A program made the position numbers and the translations under genes. A stretch of DNA of 64,000 nt from a virus: IMG/VR virus record IMGVR_UViG_3300026519_000008, positions 28,374-92,373 of that record; one strand, written 5' to 3'. The notes under the pieces are model-generated. The model worked only from the letters and a program-made list of their open reading frames with translations. It was not told where the DNA came from and did no database searches. This document shows positions 20,057 to 29,778 of this stretch, piece after piece (the stretch's first letter is position 1; each line of letters begins with the position of its first letter).

Positions 20057-20642
20057 AATCCTCCTCCCACCTGTCCGTTAGGTACTCCAAGATCTCCGCC
20101 ACAGCCTTGCCCCGCACCCTTGGACCAAACTTTCTCACCCCCTCGACTATCGCACTGATCTGGAAATCCATAAACAATTTCCTACCAGTAATTGGGTCGT
20201 AATACACCTCTGGAAAGTCTGGATGATTGACCAGCTTGTACACATCATTCCAAGGTATCCCAGCGGCATCCTTCATCACAGACACACCGTACAAGCACCT
20301 ACCATCTGACGCACGCCACGCTACCCTGCGATGCACATAAGAAATACCGCGTGCCTCTGCCTGCTTACGCAGCCGTATAAGCCTATTCTCAGGCGTCTCA
20401 ATCCTCTTCCGATAGGTTCTGGCATAAGCCACTGCCCTAGCACGATACTCAGGGTCTGTGTGATAGCGCTTCCTGCGCTTCTCGTTAAACTCCTCACGGT
20501 GCTTTTCATACCACTTCTTAAACCGCTCCTTACTAGGAATGGGATCTCTCCTCTTCCGCTTCTTCTGTTTAACCTTCCTCTTCTTCCGTCGCTTCTTACG
20601 CTTCCATGCAAAACGTCCATCATCTGCGTCATAAAGATACAT
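19914..20642 (-). CDS. highly basic hypothetical protein, possibly DNA-binding
   Basis: Lys/Arg-rich N-terminus; 3' end overlaps the next gene by 143 nt. Confidence 0.6.
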   Translation of the reverse strand: MYLYDADDGRFAWKRKKRRKKRKVKQKKRKRRDPIPSKERFKKWYEKHREEFNEKRRKRYHTDPEYRARAVAYARTYRKRIETPENRLIRLRKQAEARGISYVHRRVAWRASDGRCLYGVSVMKDAAGIPWNDVYKLVNHPDFPEVYYDPITGRKLFMDFQISAIVEGVRKFGPRVRGKAVAEILEYLTDRWEEDYVSEEGRFPEFDIGKKYEKLLARTGGDTSSNTDGVGADDGGDGENTG

Positions 20643-20644
20643 AT

Positions 20645-22006
20645 CTACAACCTCACTTTGTCTATTTTTGCCTTGTGTTTTCTATATTCAACCGTCCGCT
20701 TATTAAACCAGCTAACGGCCTGAGGATAAGCACAGTCTACAATATCAACCACCAACGGGTCCTTCTTCTCAGCACAAATCCGGAGCAGCCTTCCCACTGT
20801 CTGCGTGATAGAAGATTGTGGTGTAGCAATTACCATCCCGTCCAATGTCGCAATGTCAGTTCCTTCTTTCAGCATGCCATAAGTAGCCGGGATGATCATA
20901 CACTTCTCCACAATCCTCTTGCGCTCTTTCTTGGAAGTTCTCCCGATATACAACCCAACATCAGCCGCTGGAACAGAAAAGCGTCCATGAAGCAATGAGC
21001 AAATATCTTCCAAGTGCTCAACCCTATCAGACATGATCACAGTCTTACGCCCAGACTTCCACAGCTTGTACACAGATTTTGCAATCAACATCGTCCGTCG
21101 ATAATCAACACACAGACGATTTAACAAGATACCACGTCTGACCTGAGCCCCAACCTTTCTGATTGGAGGAAGCTCAATGGGATCATTGTCGGTATACCAA
21201 AGCGCCGCCACCCTCAAACTCAATTCAGACACATACTGCTTAGAAACCCTTACACGCTCCTCCTCAATTGACCACTTAAAAACATCACTGGTACCGTCGG
21301 CCCTTTCCACAGTGGCAGAAGCCCCAACACGATACTTAGACGGAAACAACCTGATGACAGTGGAAAAGTATGGGGCTGCTATTTTGTGGACCTCATCTAC
21401 CACCAATACGCCCGGCCATAATTTGAAGTCTCTTGGATATTTATCCTTCAACAGGGACTGCAACATCCCGATCACAACCTTCTTACCCTTGAAATCGCAC
21501 ACATTCCGCTGAGCTAAACCAATATCACTGGCCTGTAGATCAGTATGCTCAAGCAGCCGTTCCTTCCACTGCTCAACCAAGTCCGTCTTATGGACAACGA
21601 TTAGGGATGTCCTCCCCAATCCTTGGAGAAGGCGAATCAACATTACCGTCTTACCGAAGCCAGGTCTGGCCTCAAAAATCAAGCCTGTCTTTCCGGCCGC
21701 CACCCATTTATCAAAACGTTTCTGAACAGGAACCTGCTCATCCCGCAACCCGGAAACCATTCTGAAATCAATTTCAGATCCCACCACACGGCGATCAATG
21801 ACCTTTTCTGCCAAAACCTCAGGTGGCTTGTAGAACATCGGGAGCCCGAACCAATCTTCACGCTCCGTATAAACAGGTACCGGCTCAGAATCACTAAAGT
21901 ACGGACGGACCGTAAAAGTATCACGCAACAGCTCCCTACCCTCAGCAGTCAATTCCCTGGTAGGAACAAAACAATGAGTCGTAAGCACCGCTTTGGAAAA
22001 ATACAT
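20645..22006 (-). CDS. superfamily 2 DExH helicase (UvsW/A18-like)
   Basis: LRDEQ, ARPGFGKT, VDEVH, SAT, EGTD, QTVGRLLR. Confidence 0.9.
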   Translation of the reverse strand: MYFSKAVLTTHCFVPTRELTAEGRELLRDTFTVRPYFSDSEPVPVYTEREDWFGLPMFYKPPEVLAEKVIDRRVVGSEIDFRMVSGLRDEQVPVQKRFDKWVAAGKTGLIFEARPGFGKTVMLIRLLQGLGRTSLIVVHKTDLVEQWKERLLEHTDLQASDIGLAQRNVCDFKGKKVVIGMLQSLLKDKYPRDFKLWPGVLVVDEVHKIAAPYFSTVIRLFPSKYRVGASATVERADGTSDVFKWSIEEERVRVSKQYVSELSLRVAALWYTDNDPIELPPIRKVGAQVRRGILLNRLCVDYRRTMLIAKSVYKLWKSGRKTVIMSDRVEHLEDICSLLHGRFSVPAADVGLYIGRTSKKERKRIVEKCMIIPATYGMLKEGTDIATLDGMVIATPQSSITQTVGRLLRICAEKKDPLVVDIVDCAYPQAVSWFNKRTVEYRKHKAKIDKVRL

Positions 22007-22049
22007 TCTAAAGCCCTCTCCATGCTACCACGGAAAGGGCTTTAGAATG
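22004..22049 (-). promoter_or_regulatory. 21-bp RNA hairpin covering the SD and AUG of the SF2 helicase
   Basis: CAUUCUAAAGCCCUUUCCGUG-GUAG-CAUGGAGAGGGCUUUAGAAUG, with two G-U pairs. Confidence 0.75.
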
Positions 22050-22093
22050 CCCATTGGGCAGCGCGTCACTAATTCCAATGGACATTCTGCACT

Positions 22094-22855
22094 CTACAGC
22101 AGATCGTCAAGGGAAATATCCTCCCCCTCGACCTCTTCGTTTTCTGTCAGCTTACTGAAGTCCACGTCATCCGTGTCTGTAGTTTTGTTGTCCTTGGTTG
22201 TTCCACTATCCGCCCCAACCACCACTTGACCCACCACCTTCCGCAGCTCTTCCACAGATCTAGGTGCCAGTAGTTCAAAGTAATCAAAAGGCTTGATCCA
22301 CTCATCAGGATCAGCGCCCTTGGGGGCCAAGGTCTTAAGCTTATCAGGGCTAAACCGCTTTCCAAGGAAGTCGAACTGCTCGCCGGTATTACACTCTGTA
22401 GCAGAAAAACGGGCAAACTCAAACACTCCGTACAGCAGCCCCTTCTCCCCCAACTTCTGCCTCCGATCCATCAGCTTATGGAGGGCACCGCGCTTGACCA
22501 CCAACAGCTTCTTGACATTCTTGCGAATCTTGCCCTTATCAGGTCCGTGTTTCACCTCATAGGGGCGATGATCAATCACTGTGAAAGCAGCCACAGAAGA
22601 CGCCCTCTCACCAGAATCACACAGCGGGCATTCGGTGTAATCACCAGGGCAAGTAAAAAAGTTGCCCCACTTACCCCTCAACTTGAGGTTGTGCTCCTTG
22701 TAGAAAAACCCGTCGTTGTCGAGAAACGTAAACTTGCCCTTCTCACCCTCCCGCAGCCATACACGAAACACCCTTCTGGATCTTTCCTCAGCCTCATGCT
22801 CCTCACGCTCCCTAAGTGCCTGATACCCCTCGTCACCCTTCTTGTACCACGACAT
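22094..22855 (-). CDS. single-stranded DNA-binding protein (gp32-like)
   Basis: FYKEH...FTC...ECPLC zinc motif, acidic tail ending EDISLDDLL; replication context. Confidence 0.7.
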   Translation of the reverse strand: MSWYKKGDEGYQALREREEHEAEERSRRVFRVWLREGEKGKFTFLDNDGFFYKEHNLKLRGKWGNFFTCPGDYTECPLCDSGERASSVAAFTVIDHRPYEVKHGPDKGKIRKNVKKLLVVKRGALHKLMDRRQKLGEKGLLYGVFEFARFSATECNTGEQFDFLGKRFSPDKLKTLAPKGADPDEWIKPFDYFELLAPRSVEELRKVVGQVVVGADSGTTKDNKTTDTDDVDFSKLTENEEVEGEDISLDDLL

Positions 22856-22919
22856 CGCTCACTCCTTCTGCCTCTATCGGCAGTGTTTGGGCTACCAAGA
22901 GCCCGTTGGTAATACACAC

Positions 22920-22949
22920 ATTCTATAGAGTAGACGGTGTATTTGTCAA
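22920..22949 (-). promoter_or_regulatory. sigma70-type promoter TTGACA-N18-TAGAAT
   Basis: Overlaps the primase 3' end, upstream of SSB. Confidence 0.7.
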
Positions 22950-23960
22950 CATAATTTCACGCTCACGTAGTACGAGCATGAACTGCTTCCGGTCTACAAG
23001 ATCCCCAGCATCTTTTATATCCGCCCTGCCCCAACGCACTATGGCCTTCACCCTCGATTTCAACGCCTTCAAGGCCAGCTGTGTATCACGATCCCCAGCT
23101 CGATCCGAATCAAATCCAAGCCACACATTGTCGTGATAGATTGTCTTGAATTGTGACCAAGCTGGTGTCCCACAGGAGGCCAAAACGTTCCACGTCCCCA
23201 AACTGCACACTCTCAGGGCATCAAGCTCACCCTCAACTAGTAGAAGTGGAGTCTTTCGATCCACAAACTGCTGACCGAACCACAGTTCAGGGGCTCTGTA
23301 ATCGACCTCACTTCCAGTGATTTTCGGAGACAACCTGTAGATCTTTTTATCGTGTATGGCTCGCACGCGTAAATCGACGACCCGCCCGTCAGGGGTAATA
23401 ATAGGAAACACAACCGAAGGAGGATCTTCTATCATCCGTAACTTAAACTTTTTGATCACCGTCCCAGAGATTCGCCTCTCGTACCGAAGCCACTTCAGGA
23501 TCTCAATTTCCCCCTTCCCTCCACTTTTAGAACCTAGGAGGGGGTAAGCCCTTAGGACAGAATCAGGGACTGTCCTGTACGTATTTATGGGCTTGACAAT
23601 CATATCCTTGAATTTGTTGGGAAGGACCACCCCCAAGGCAGGAATAGTAGATTCAGAAAGGTCTACCTGTTCTGCAAGCTCTGCACACAAATAAGCATGA
23701 GCTTTCAGATTATGCCCCCCTGACAATCTATACAGATTCCAATAAAGACTTACCAGATCACCACTAGTTCCCTCCGAAAAACAATGCCAGGCCGACAATC
23801 CTGTCGTATTGATTTTAATTCCAAAACTTGGCTTTTTATCCGTCCCGCCAGAATGAGTCCAACGCGCCATAGGACAAGAACAACGAATCCACTCCCCAGA
23901 ATCCGTATATTCTGTGATCCCATAAGCTGCGAGGAACCCAATAATGTCGGACTTAATCAC
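22923..23960 (-). CDS. DnaG-type DNA primase
   Basis: CPM..H..D.KPSF...HCF zinc domain; TOPRIM LVEGELDAL and FDSDRAG; KDAGD. Confidence 0.88.
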   Translation of the reverse strand: MIKSDIIGFLAAYGITEYTDSGEWIRCSCPMARWTHSGGTDKKPSFGIKINTTGLSAWHCFSEGTSGDLVSLYWNLYRLSGGHNLKAHAYLCAELAEQVDLSESTIPALGVVLPNKFKDMIVKPINTYRTVPDSVLRAYPLLGSKSGGKGEIEILKWLRYERRISGTVIKKFKLRMIEDPPSVVFPIITPDGRVVDLRVRAIHDKKIYRLSPKITGSEVDYRAPELWFGQQFVDRKTPLLLVEGELDALRVCSLGTWNVLASCGTPAWSQFKTIYHDNVWLGFDSDRAGDRDTQLALKALKSRVKAIVRWGRADIKDAGDLVDRKQFMLVLREREIMLTNTPSTL

Positions 23961-23972
23961 AGCTCACTCCGA

Positions 23973-24308
23973 TCAATCTAAGTCACGAAGAATATCCAAA
24001 ACCTCTGGGGGCATAGACCTGACTATATCCGCCAAATGCCGCACTACCCTGTCATAGATATAAGGGCCGTGCTTGAAGGACTCCCCGCCAGTTGCTCTGA
24101 TTCTTATATACTTTCCAGATCCGTGGACCACATGAATGAGTGTCCCGGCCTTATTTACATCAAAGTCAAGACCTCCCCCACTCACAAGCGGAACTTTTTC
24201 CTCCAACAGCGATGCCCGCAAATCACAGCCAACTCTGATCGTGTACTTACCATGTACGTGCTTTAACACCTCTCCGCCCAATGGGATTTTGTACTTTCTG
24301 TCCGCCAT
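23973..24308 (-). CDS. hypothetical protein
   Basis: Start re-placed to MADRK after GGAGGTG. Confidence 0.6.
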   Translation of the reverse strand: MADRKYKIPLGGEVLKHVHGKYTIRVGCDLRASLLEEKVPLVSGGGLDFDVNKAGTLIHVVHGSGKYIRIRATGGESFKHGPYIYDRVVRHLADIVRSMPPEVLDILRDLD

Positions 24309-24309
24309 G

Positions 24310-25131
24310 TCAGCCCACCTCCGGCAACGAGACGGCATAAGGCAACCACCACGATTTCATAGATCGCTCCTGCTCAACCAGGTAAACTTTTCCTTTACCC
24401 AACCGTAACATCGGGTAACAACCAGACTTGAACTTCCCGTCCTTGTCTATGCAATGCTGCACATTCCCAGCAACATAGACGGAACCGTTGTACACTATTC
24501 CGTGTTCACAACTATGGTAACCAAAAGCATCCTGCAAAACAAAAGGGCTACTCTCAAAAAGCAGTCTGGTCAAAATCGTTGATGGCTCAGTCTCGTGTAC
24601 AAACCAATATTTCCCCCGGTTCCAGGCAGTTTCAAATGGACCGATCGGTGCTAATTGGATAAGTTTCAACCTCGGATTCACAATTCCTGAAGCAGACTCT
24701 ACCTCACACAGACGCATTGCCTTGTAATGGTGACGCAACACGTACCAATCACATCCATACTTCTTAGACACAATGAACAGTGCTTTGTTCTCATCCTCCC
24801 CAACATCAGACACCCAAAAATTGTCACTGAATGCATCTACCCCCGCCATTTTTAGCAGTTTGAATGATACCCAAACATACCGAACACCGACCAGCCTGTA
24901 GCTCAGCTCCTTAAACACACGAAACATCTGATTGCGGTGACGCGAAGTCGTAACTGAATAATGATCAAGGTTGAAAAGGTATACACCTCCAACCTTGACG
25001 GCCAACGGATGGTGTCGTCCGTAAGACCATAAAACAGGTCTGTTGTTGTAAATCTCAGACCACACATTGGAGGCTACTCCAACCCCACCCCCAAGGAAAA
25101 ATCTTCGGTACAACTGCTCCTGACTCAACAT
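24310..25131 (-). CDS. hypothetical protein
   Basis: WSYG.H.PLA...YSVTTSRH pattern seen in phage early proteins; start re-placed. Confidence 0.65.
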   Translation of the reverse strand: MLSQEQLYRRFFLGGGVGVASNVWSEIYNNRPVLWSYGRHHPLAVKVGGVYLFNLDHYSVTTSRHRNQMFRVFKELSYRLVGVRYVWVSFKLLKMAGVDAFSDNFWVSDVGEDENKALFIVSKKYGCDWYVLRHHYKAMRLCEVESASGIVNPRLKLIQLAPIGPFETAWNRGKYWFVHETEPSTILTRLLFESSPFVLQDAFGYHSCEHGIVYNGSVYVAGNVQHCIDKDGKFKSGCYPMLRLGKGKVYLVEQERSMKSWWLPYAVSLPEVG

Positions 25132-25172
25132 GTCCGCCCTCACTTCCCGGCCGCCTGAAATCAATTTCAGAC

Positions 25173-25622
25173 CTACTTCTCGCGCACTTCCCCAGACCAC
25201 CATTTGTTGATCCTCTTATGCAGAGCCCCAACTTCCTGGAGAGTGGTCTCACCAAAATCAGTCTTGGCCTTAGTGACCGACACCTTCACATAATCAACAA
25301 CGTCAGATGCCTTGCCGAGAGACTTCAAAAACCGAAGGAACTTCACGAACTCAACCGTGGATTCCATTTTCGGCTTGGCCACAAACTTGAACCTCCGCCC
25401 ATCAAGCTCGGTGATTTCAAGCTTTTTCATTTTCCCAAGAAAACCCTTCTTGGTCTCCTTGAGCCATTTCTCTTCCGCCGACCACTGATCCTTGAACTCA
25501 CTCAAAGCCCGTTCATAGGAGCGCAGCCTCTGTGCATACTCATCCACCAGGGGCTCAAGGACAGCCTCTGTGTCAACCCCCCGCACTTTCCGAGTCCTCT
25601 TTGTACTCCGTACCTTAGCCAT
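25173..25622 (-). CDS. hypothetical coiled-coil protein (Gam/Gp157-like, uncertain)
   Basis: 149 aa, AAGGAGG SD, first gene after a promoter. Confidence 0.6.
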   Translation of the reverse strand: MAKVRSTKRTRKVRGVDTEAVLEPLVDEYAQRLRSYERALSEFKDQWSAEEKWLKETKKGFLGKMKKLEITELDGRRFKFVAKPKMESTVEFVKFLRFLKSLGKASDVVDYVKVSVTKAKTDFGETTLQEVGALHKRINKWWSGEVREK

Positions 25623-25656
25623 GTCCGCCTCCTTTCAAGGTCCGCCAATGCAAAGT

Positions 25657-25686
25657 ATCATACCAGAATACACTACCTTTTGTCAA
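25657..25686 (-). promoter_or_regulatory. sigma70-type promoter TTGACA-N18-TATGAT
   Basis: Near-consensus, TG-extended. Confidence 0.8.
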
Positions 25687-25689
25687 ACA

Positions 25690-26997
25690 TTAGAAAGTAG
25701 CAATGGAATCATCATGATCAGACTGTTCATCAAAAGCCCCTTGAATCACCTCGTCCTCTCTGATCACCGCCCTCCGCATATCGTACAGGATGCGCAGAAG
25801 CCCAGTTTCACCATCACGACCCTTCAAAAGTTTCAACAGTCGATAATCCACCCCGCCAATTTCCATACTCGCAGCAGTCTCTTCCGTATCAAGGCCAAAC
25901 ACAATCGAGGCAATCTGCCCAATCGCGTCCGACCGTGATATTCCACTGATACCAGCCTTGGGTCCTTCACGGTTAAACTGATGGGACAGAATAATAGGAA
26001 TCTTTAAGGACAAAGCAATCCTCTTCAACTCCTTGGTCACCTGTTCAACGTTTTCCCATCCAGCCCTATTTGTTCTTCGATCAGAAGGCTCAAGTAAATA
26101 AGCCCCGTCGATATAGATAATATCTGGGCGGCTGGCCATGGCCTTCACCAGCACACTTTCTGTGGTCATATGTAAATCACCTGGTGCCAACATAAAATCA
26201 TCAGAAGGTCTGGCATCAAGTACCGATTCTACAAACGCTCTAACCTCCCGCATCCCGAAAGCACTCATATCACCAAGCTTCAATGCTGTGGGACTTACAC
26301 CGGCTCCGATGGCCAGCATCCTGCGTGCCATATGTGGAGCCGTCATTTCCATCGGGAAGAACAAGATCTTGTGGCCTTCCATGTATGCGTTCACCGCCCA
26401 CTGAGCCATAACGAACGATTTACCCACCCCAGGTCTTGATACCAACACGATACAATCCCCGCCGTGCGCCCCACCTGTTACAGTGTCTAAATAATCCCAC
26501 CCGAACGGCACCCCCACCACCGCCGTTCCACGTTGCTGTGCCGTATCATGCTCTTCTATGGCCTTGAGCGTAGCATCCAACAACGATACTGAAACGTTCT
26601 TGCCAAGCTGGTTCTCTGTCCCGAAATATAGCTCCCCAACAAGTTGCTTAACTAAATCGACGTTGCCTTTCGACAACGCCTTTTTCATTTCCATCATCTT
26701 CCCGGCAACGAAGTAGAGGCTTGATTCCTTGATCAACTCCTCCGCCCAAAACTGCAAGGCGTCAGGTGGAACCGCTCTTGGAAAATCAGTCTCAGTAGAA
26801 ACCTCTACCAACTCAATTGACGGAAGATGTTGATACTGAATGGCATAATTACGGATGAACTCAAACGCCTTACGCTCGTTGTGCCTAATGAACCTATCAG
26901 GAACTACCCCAAGATCCTCCAATAATCTAATACCACGAACATCACGACTACCCAAAAGGGTAACGATTAAGCCTGTCCCAGCTGTAAGACCGGCCAT
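25690..26997 (-). CDS. dnaB: DnaB-like replicative helicase
   Basis: GWDYLD, SRPGVGKS, PMEM, IYIDG, LKRIA..L.IP...HQFNR, SDAIGQ.AS, KGRDG. Confidence 0.9.
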   Translation of the reverse strand: MAGLTAGTGLIVTLLGSRDVRGIRLLEDLGVVPDRFIRHNERKAFEFIRNYAIQYQHLPSIELVEVSTETDFPRAVPPDALQFWAEELIKESSLYFVAGKMMEMKKALSKGNVDLVKQLVGELYFGTENQLGKNVSVSLLDATLKAIEEHDTAQQRGTAVVGVPFGWDYLDTVTGGAHGGDCIVLVSRPGVGKSFVMAQWAVNAYMEGHKILFFPMEMTAPHMARRMLAIGAGVSPTALKLGDMSAFGMREVRAFVESVLDARPSDDFMLAPGDLHMTTESVLVKAMASRPDIIYIDGAYLLEPSDRRTNRAGWENVEQVTKELKRIALSLKIPIILSHQFNREGPKAGISGISRSDAIGQIASIVFGLDTEETAASMEIGGVDYRLLKLLKGRDGETGLLRILYDMRRAVIREDEVIQGAFDEQSDHDDSIATF

Positions 26998-27767
26998 CAG
27001 ATAATCACTCCTCGAACAGCCGATCCAAACATGAACCGGGCCAACCCAGCGGCGTTCCTATCCGACAGTCTTGCCTCAACGAACTCAACCAACTGACCGG
27101 AATCAACGCTCATAGACCTTCCCATCTGCCCACCAACGTAGACTGAAAACACAGTGAGTCTGTGCTGTTTCATCCTAGTTCTAAGGGTAGAAATGAAATC
27201 ATTTACTGCGTTTTTTACTCGTGTGCTAGGTGTATCAAGATCCACGTCCATGATAAGCAACCCACTCTTTCTTATGACGGTCAGGGGAGTTTCAATCCCG
27301 CGATAATTATCAGACAGAGCTTCCGTGATCACCTGATAATCAATCTGCGTAGCAAGCATTCTGGTGGTGAACATGTAGGCTGCCAGGAGAACAGAACTTA
27401 CATGCTGGAGCCTAGACTCGTCGTTAGAATACAACACAACTGAAGTAATACGTTCAGGATGGGTAGTCCTCCCGGCTCGCAACCAATCAAGAACTGTCGA
27501 TCTATCACGCTTATCTAATCCATCCCACACACGCTCCCCTGTATGCACCATTGACCCCAACAACAGTGCATGCGCCAGCGTTACTCTCAAAGCCTCGAAC
27601 TCGCGTGGGGAAAGATCAGGATCAAAAACCAGCGGGATGGAAACATCAAGCTCAAAGAGCTTTCCCTTCACAGCTCCATCGTGTGTCCTGCAAAACCCCT
27701 CTTCCTTTACCTCCCACGGCCATCTAATCACCCTGTCTACAATATCAGACGCATTGCTCATAGCCAC
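26997..27767 (-). CDS. degenerate DnaC/IstB-like helicase loader (tentative)
   Basis: Lies between the initiator-like gene and dnaB; LLIMD Walker-B-like motif and R.R....LTVFS; no Walker A. Confidence 0.4.
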   Translation of the reverse strand: MAMSNASDIVDRVIRWPWEVKEEGFCRTHDGAVKGKLFELDVSIPLVFDPDLSPREFEALRVTLAHALLLGSMVHTGERVWDGLDKRDRSTVLDWLRAGRTTHPERITSVVLYSNDESRLQHVSSVLLAAYMFTTRMLATQIDYQVITEALSDNYRGIETPLTVIRKSGLLIMDVDLDTPSTRVKNAVNDFISTLRTRMKQHRLTVFSVYVGGQMGRSMSVDSGQLVEFVEARLSDRNAAGLARFMFGSAVRGVII

Positions 27768-28777
27768 ACTGCCCCGGTCTCAGTTTTCTTGGTGGCCTTC
27801 GTCCGCTTCTTTGCAAGTTTAATCTTGCCCACAATTTGCTGGCGGTGGGCATAAAAAAACTCGAATGTCGGGATGTCTGGGACCATAACCTCTCTCCCTT
27901 TCTCCCCAACAATTCGAGTTCCAGCCAGAAGTCTCCAGCCCTTAATTATCTCGTCCATTAAGTCTCTGAGCCTTGATGCTGTCATACCCTTCCCGGCTAA
28001 CTCCTCCGCCCACCGCTTGGCCATGGTTTTCGCCTTGGCGGTTCTCTTGTCGTGCATGGAATAACCATGTTCCTCTTTCAGCTCATCGAAAACACCCAAC
28101 ACCGTAGACCCAGAAACCATGATCTTCCTCACCCCATTTTCATCCTCATAATCTTTGGCATTCAAGAGCCTGCGTTGTTCTGGTTTGATCTCCGACAACA
28201 TCTTCCGGGACTTTTCTACAATATCATCCATGGCCATAAAGAACTCCTTCTTGTCGTACACCACCACGTTGTGAAGAAAGTCAAAAACTGGCCGGTAGTG
28301 ATTCAACCAATGCGTAAGCAGGTCAAAGATCTGAGTCCTAACTCTGATCAATGACGGAGCTAAAGAGGACTGCTGTAGCATGAATTGATGAATCTCAAAC
28401 AAAACGTTAGGAAGATGAAGGCCATAATAAACTGTGTTAGTGTTACATGAATCCTGTAGTTTGATTTTTACTATAAACCTTGACGATCTGGTTGAAATTG
28501 ATTTCAACAAGGAAAACGCCTGTGTTCGCTTGACCCCTATCGGTCCTATCAGAATACCAGGAACACCGTCAGTTAAATCGGCTACTCTGATCCACTCAGC
28601 AGGTTTCTTAAAAGGAATCGTTCTATAATATACATGCTTAAAAAAAAACTCATGCCGTAACTCGGCTCGATTTACCAACCAGAACAGATCATGCTTAAAA
28701 CAATCCATAATGGTGAAGTAAAATTCGTCAGGTAGTGCAAACCGTCTGGCCAAGTCCGCCCCAAAGCTATAAGACAC
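27758..28777 (-). CDS. probable replication initiator (winged-helix, lambda O-like N-terminus)
   Basis: YRTIPFKKPAEWIRVADLTDG...GVKRTQAFSLLKSI resembles O-type initiators; adjacent to iterons; GTG start after AGGAGGT. Confidence 0.5.
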   Translation of the reverse strand: MSYSFGADLARRFALPDEFYFTIMDCFKHDLFWLVNRAELRHEFFFKHVYYRTIPFKKPAEWIRVADLTDGVPGILIGPIGVKRTQAFSLLKSISTRSSRFIVKIKLQDSCNTNTVYYGLHLPNVLFEIHQFMLQQSSLAPSLIRVRTQIFDLLTHWLNHYRPVFDFLHNVVVYDKKEFFMAMDDIVEKSRKMLSEIKPEQRRLLNAKDYEDENGVRKIMVSGSTVLGVFDELKEEHGYSMHDKRTAKAKTMAKRWAEELAGKGMTASRLRDLMDEIIKGWRLLAGTRIVGEKGREVMVPDIPTFEFFYAHRQQIVGKIKLAKKRTKATKKTETGAVWL

Positions 28778-28815
28778 CTGCCACCTCCTAACGAATAAGG
28801 AAAAACTGTCCGCAT

Positions 28816-28844
28816 AGAATATACAGAATCAATATATTTGTCAA
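28816..28844 (-). promoter_or_regulatory. sigma70-type promoter TTGACA-N17-TATTCT
   Basis: Upstream of the initiator-like gene. Confidence 0.65.
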
Positions 28845-28855
28845 TTCATTATTTT

Positions 28856-29103
28856 CGCGCGGCGCGGCGGCGCGCGCGGAACTGACGAGAACTACCCCAA
28901 GCTCCTTCCAAGAAATGTGTTGCCGAGCAGGCAGCCAACGCAAGCGAAGCGCGCGTTCTGTTTTTTTTAGAAGACTTAATTTTCGTAGACTTATATTTAG
29001 TATACTTATGTAGTCCGGAAACCGAACTACCCCCTAGTCCGGAAACCGAACTACCCTAGTCCGGAAACCGAACTACCCTAGTCCGGAAACCGAACTACCC
29101 CCC
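28856..29103. other. putative replication origin
   Basis: Intergenic; four iterons next to an AT-rich tract (28960-29010) and a pure-GC run (28856-28879). Confidence 0.7.
29011..29100 (+). repeat. four tandem 22-bp repeats TAGTCCGGAAACCGAACTACCC (iterons)
   Basis: Exact copies at 29011, 29035, 29057 and 29079. Confidence 0.95.
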
Positions 29104-29705
29104 TAAATTTGCATAGTGTAACGATTGTAATTAAGTACACAATCGTGAATTGCTATCGCACAAGCCTTAAGATTGCCGTATTTTGGATGAAAAACGCGCA
29201 TGAATCGTTTGTAATTGTCCAGTTCCGTCTCAGATCTGTGCGCATCTGGTGTTCGTTTGTGAGAATAATGCTCCAACCGGAACATCAACCCATCCAATGT
29301 CCGGTTGATACACTCCGCTTCATTCAAAAAACGCACGTCCTCAACCACCACCATGGAATCTGTACTAAGAACATAGTCGAATTCCTCTAAAAAACGTCTT
29401 ACCCAATAACCCGGCTCGTATTTTCTACAATAATCAGTCCCATACCACTGAAGCAGCTCCCGCACTGTCATCCTTTTAGCTGGATAAGGGTCTCGCAATC
29501 TTGGAAGCTCTGTGGTTAGGATCATAGAATCCTTCCTTGTATAACAAAGCTCCTCAGGTATTCCGAACTTGTGTGAAAGTTCACGTTTCAGAACATCTCC
29601 GAACGCAAGTCTCGTATACCCAAACAGCTCAACTAAGTAATTAGCCGTTGTTGTCTTCCCAGATCCTATCTTTCCAGACAACCCGATTACTTTACACAGT
29701 CCCAT
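29103..29705 (-). CDS. deoxynucleoside monophosphate kinase
   Basis: GLSGKIGSGKTT, FGDVLK, RELLQWYGTD, VEDVRFLNE, HRSE. Confidence 0.88.
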   Translation of the reverse strand: MGLCKVIGLSGKIGSGKTTTANYLVELFGYTRLAFGDVLKRELSHKFGIPEELCYTRKDSMILTTELPRLRDPYPAKRMTVRELLQWYGTDYCRKYEPGYWVRRFLEEFDYVLSTDSMVVVEDVRFLNEAECINRTLDGLMFRLEHYSHKRTPDAHRSETELDNYKRFMRVFHPKYGNLKACAIAIHDCVLNYNRYTMQI

Positions 29706-29718
29706 AACAGCTCCTTAC

Positions 29719-29758
29719 AAAAAATAAACGGGAGAACAGATCGCAGTCCGTTCTCCCG
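29719..29758 (-). terminator. intrinsic terminator
   Basis: CGGGAGAAC/GTTCTCCCG stem followed by TTTATTTTTT. Confidence 0.7.
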
Positions 29759-29778
29759 CTTGAGTGCCTATGAGTGTA

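Noticed and set aside
29011-29100. CRISPR array
   Set aside because: The repeats are directly adjacent with no spacers; they fit iterons better.
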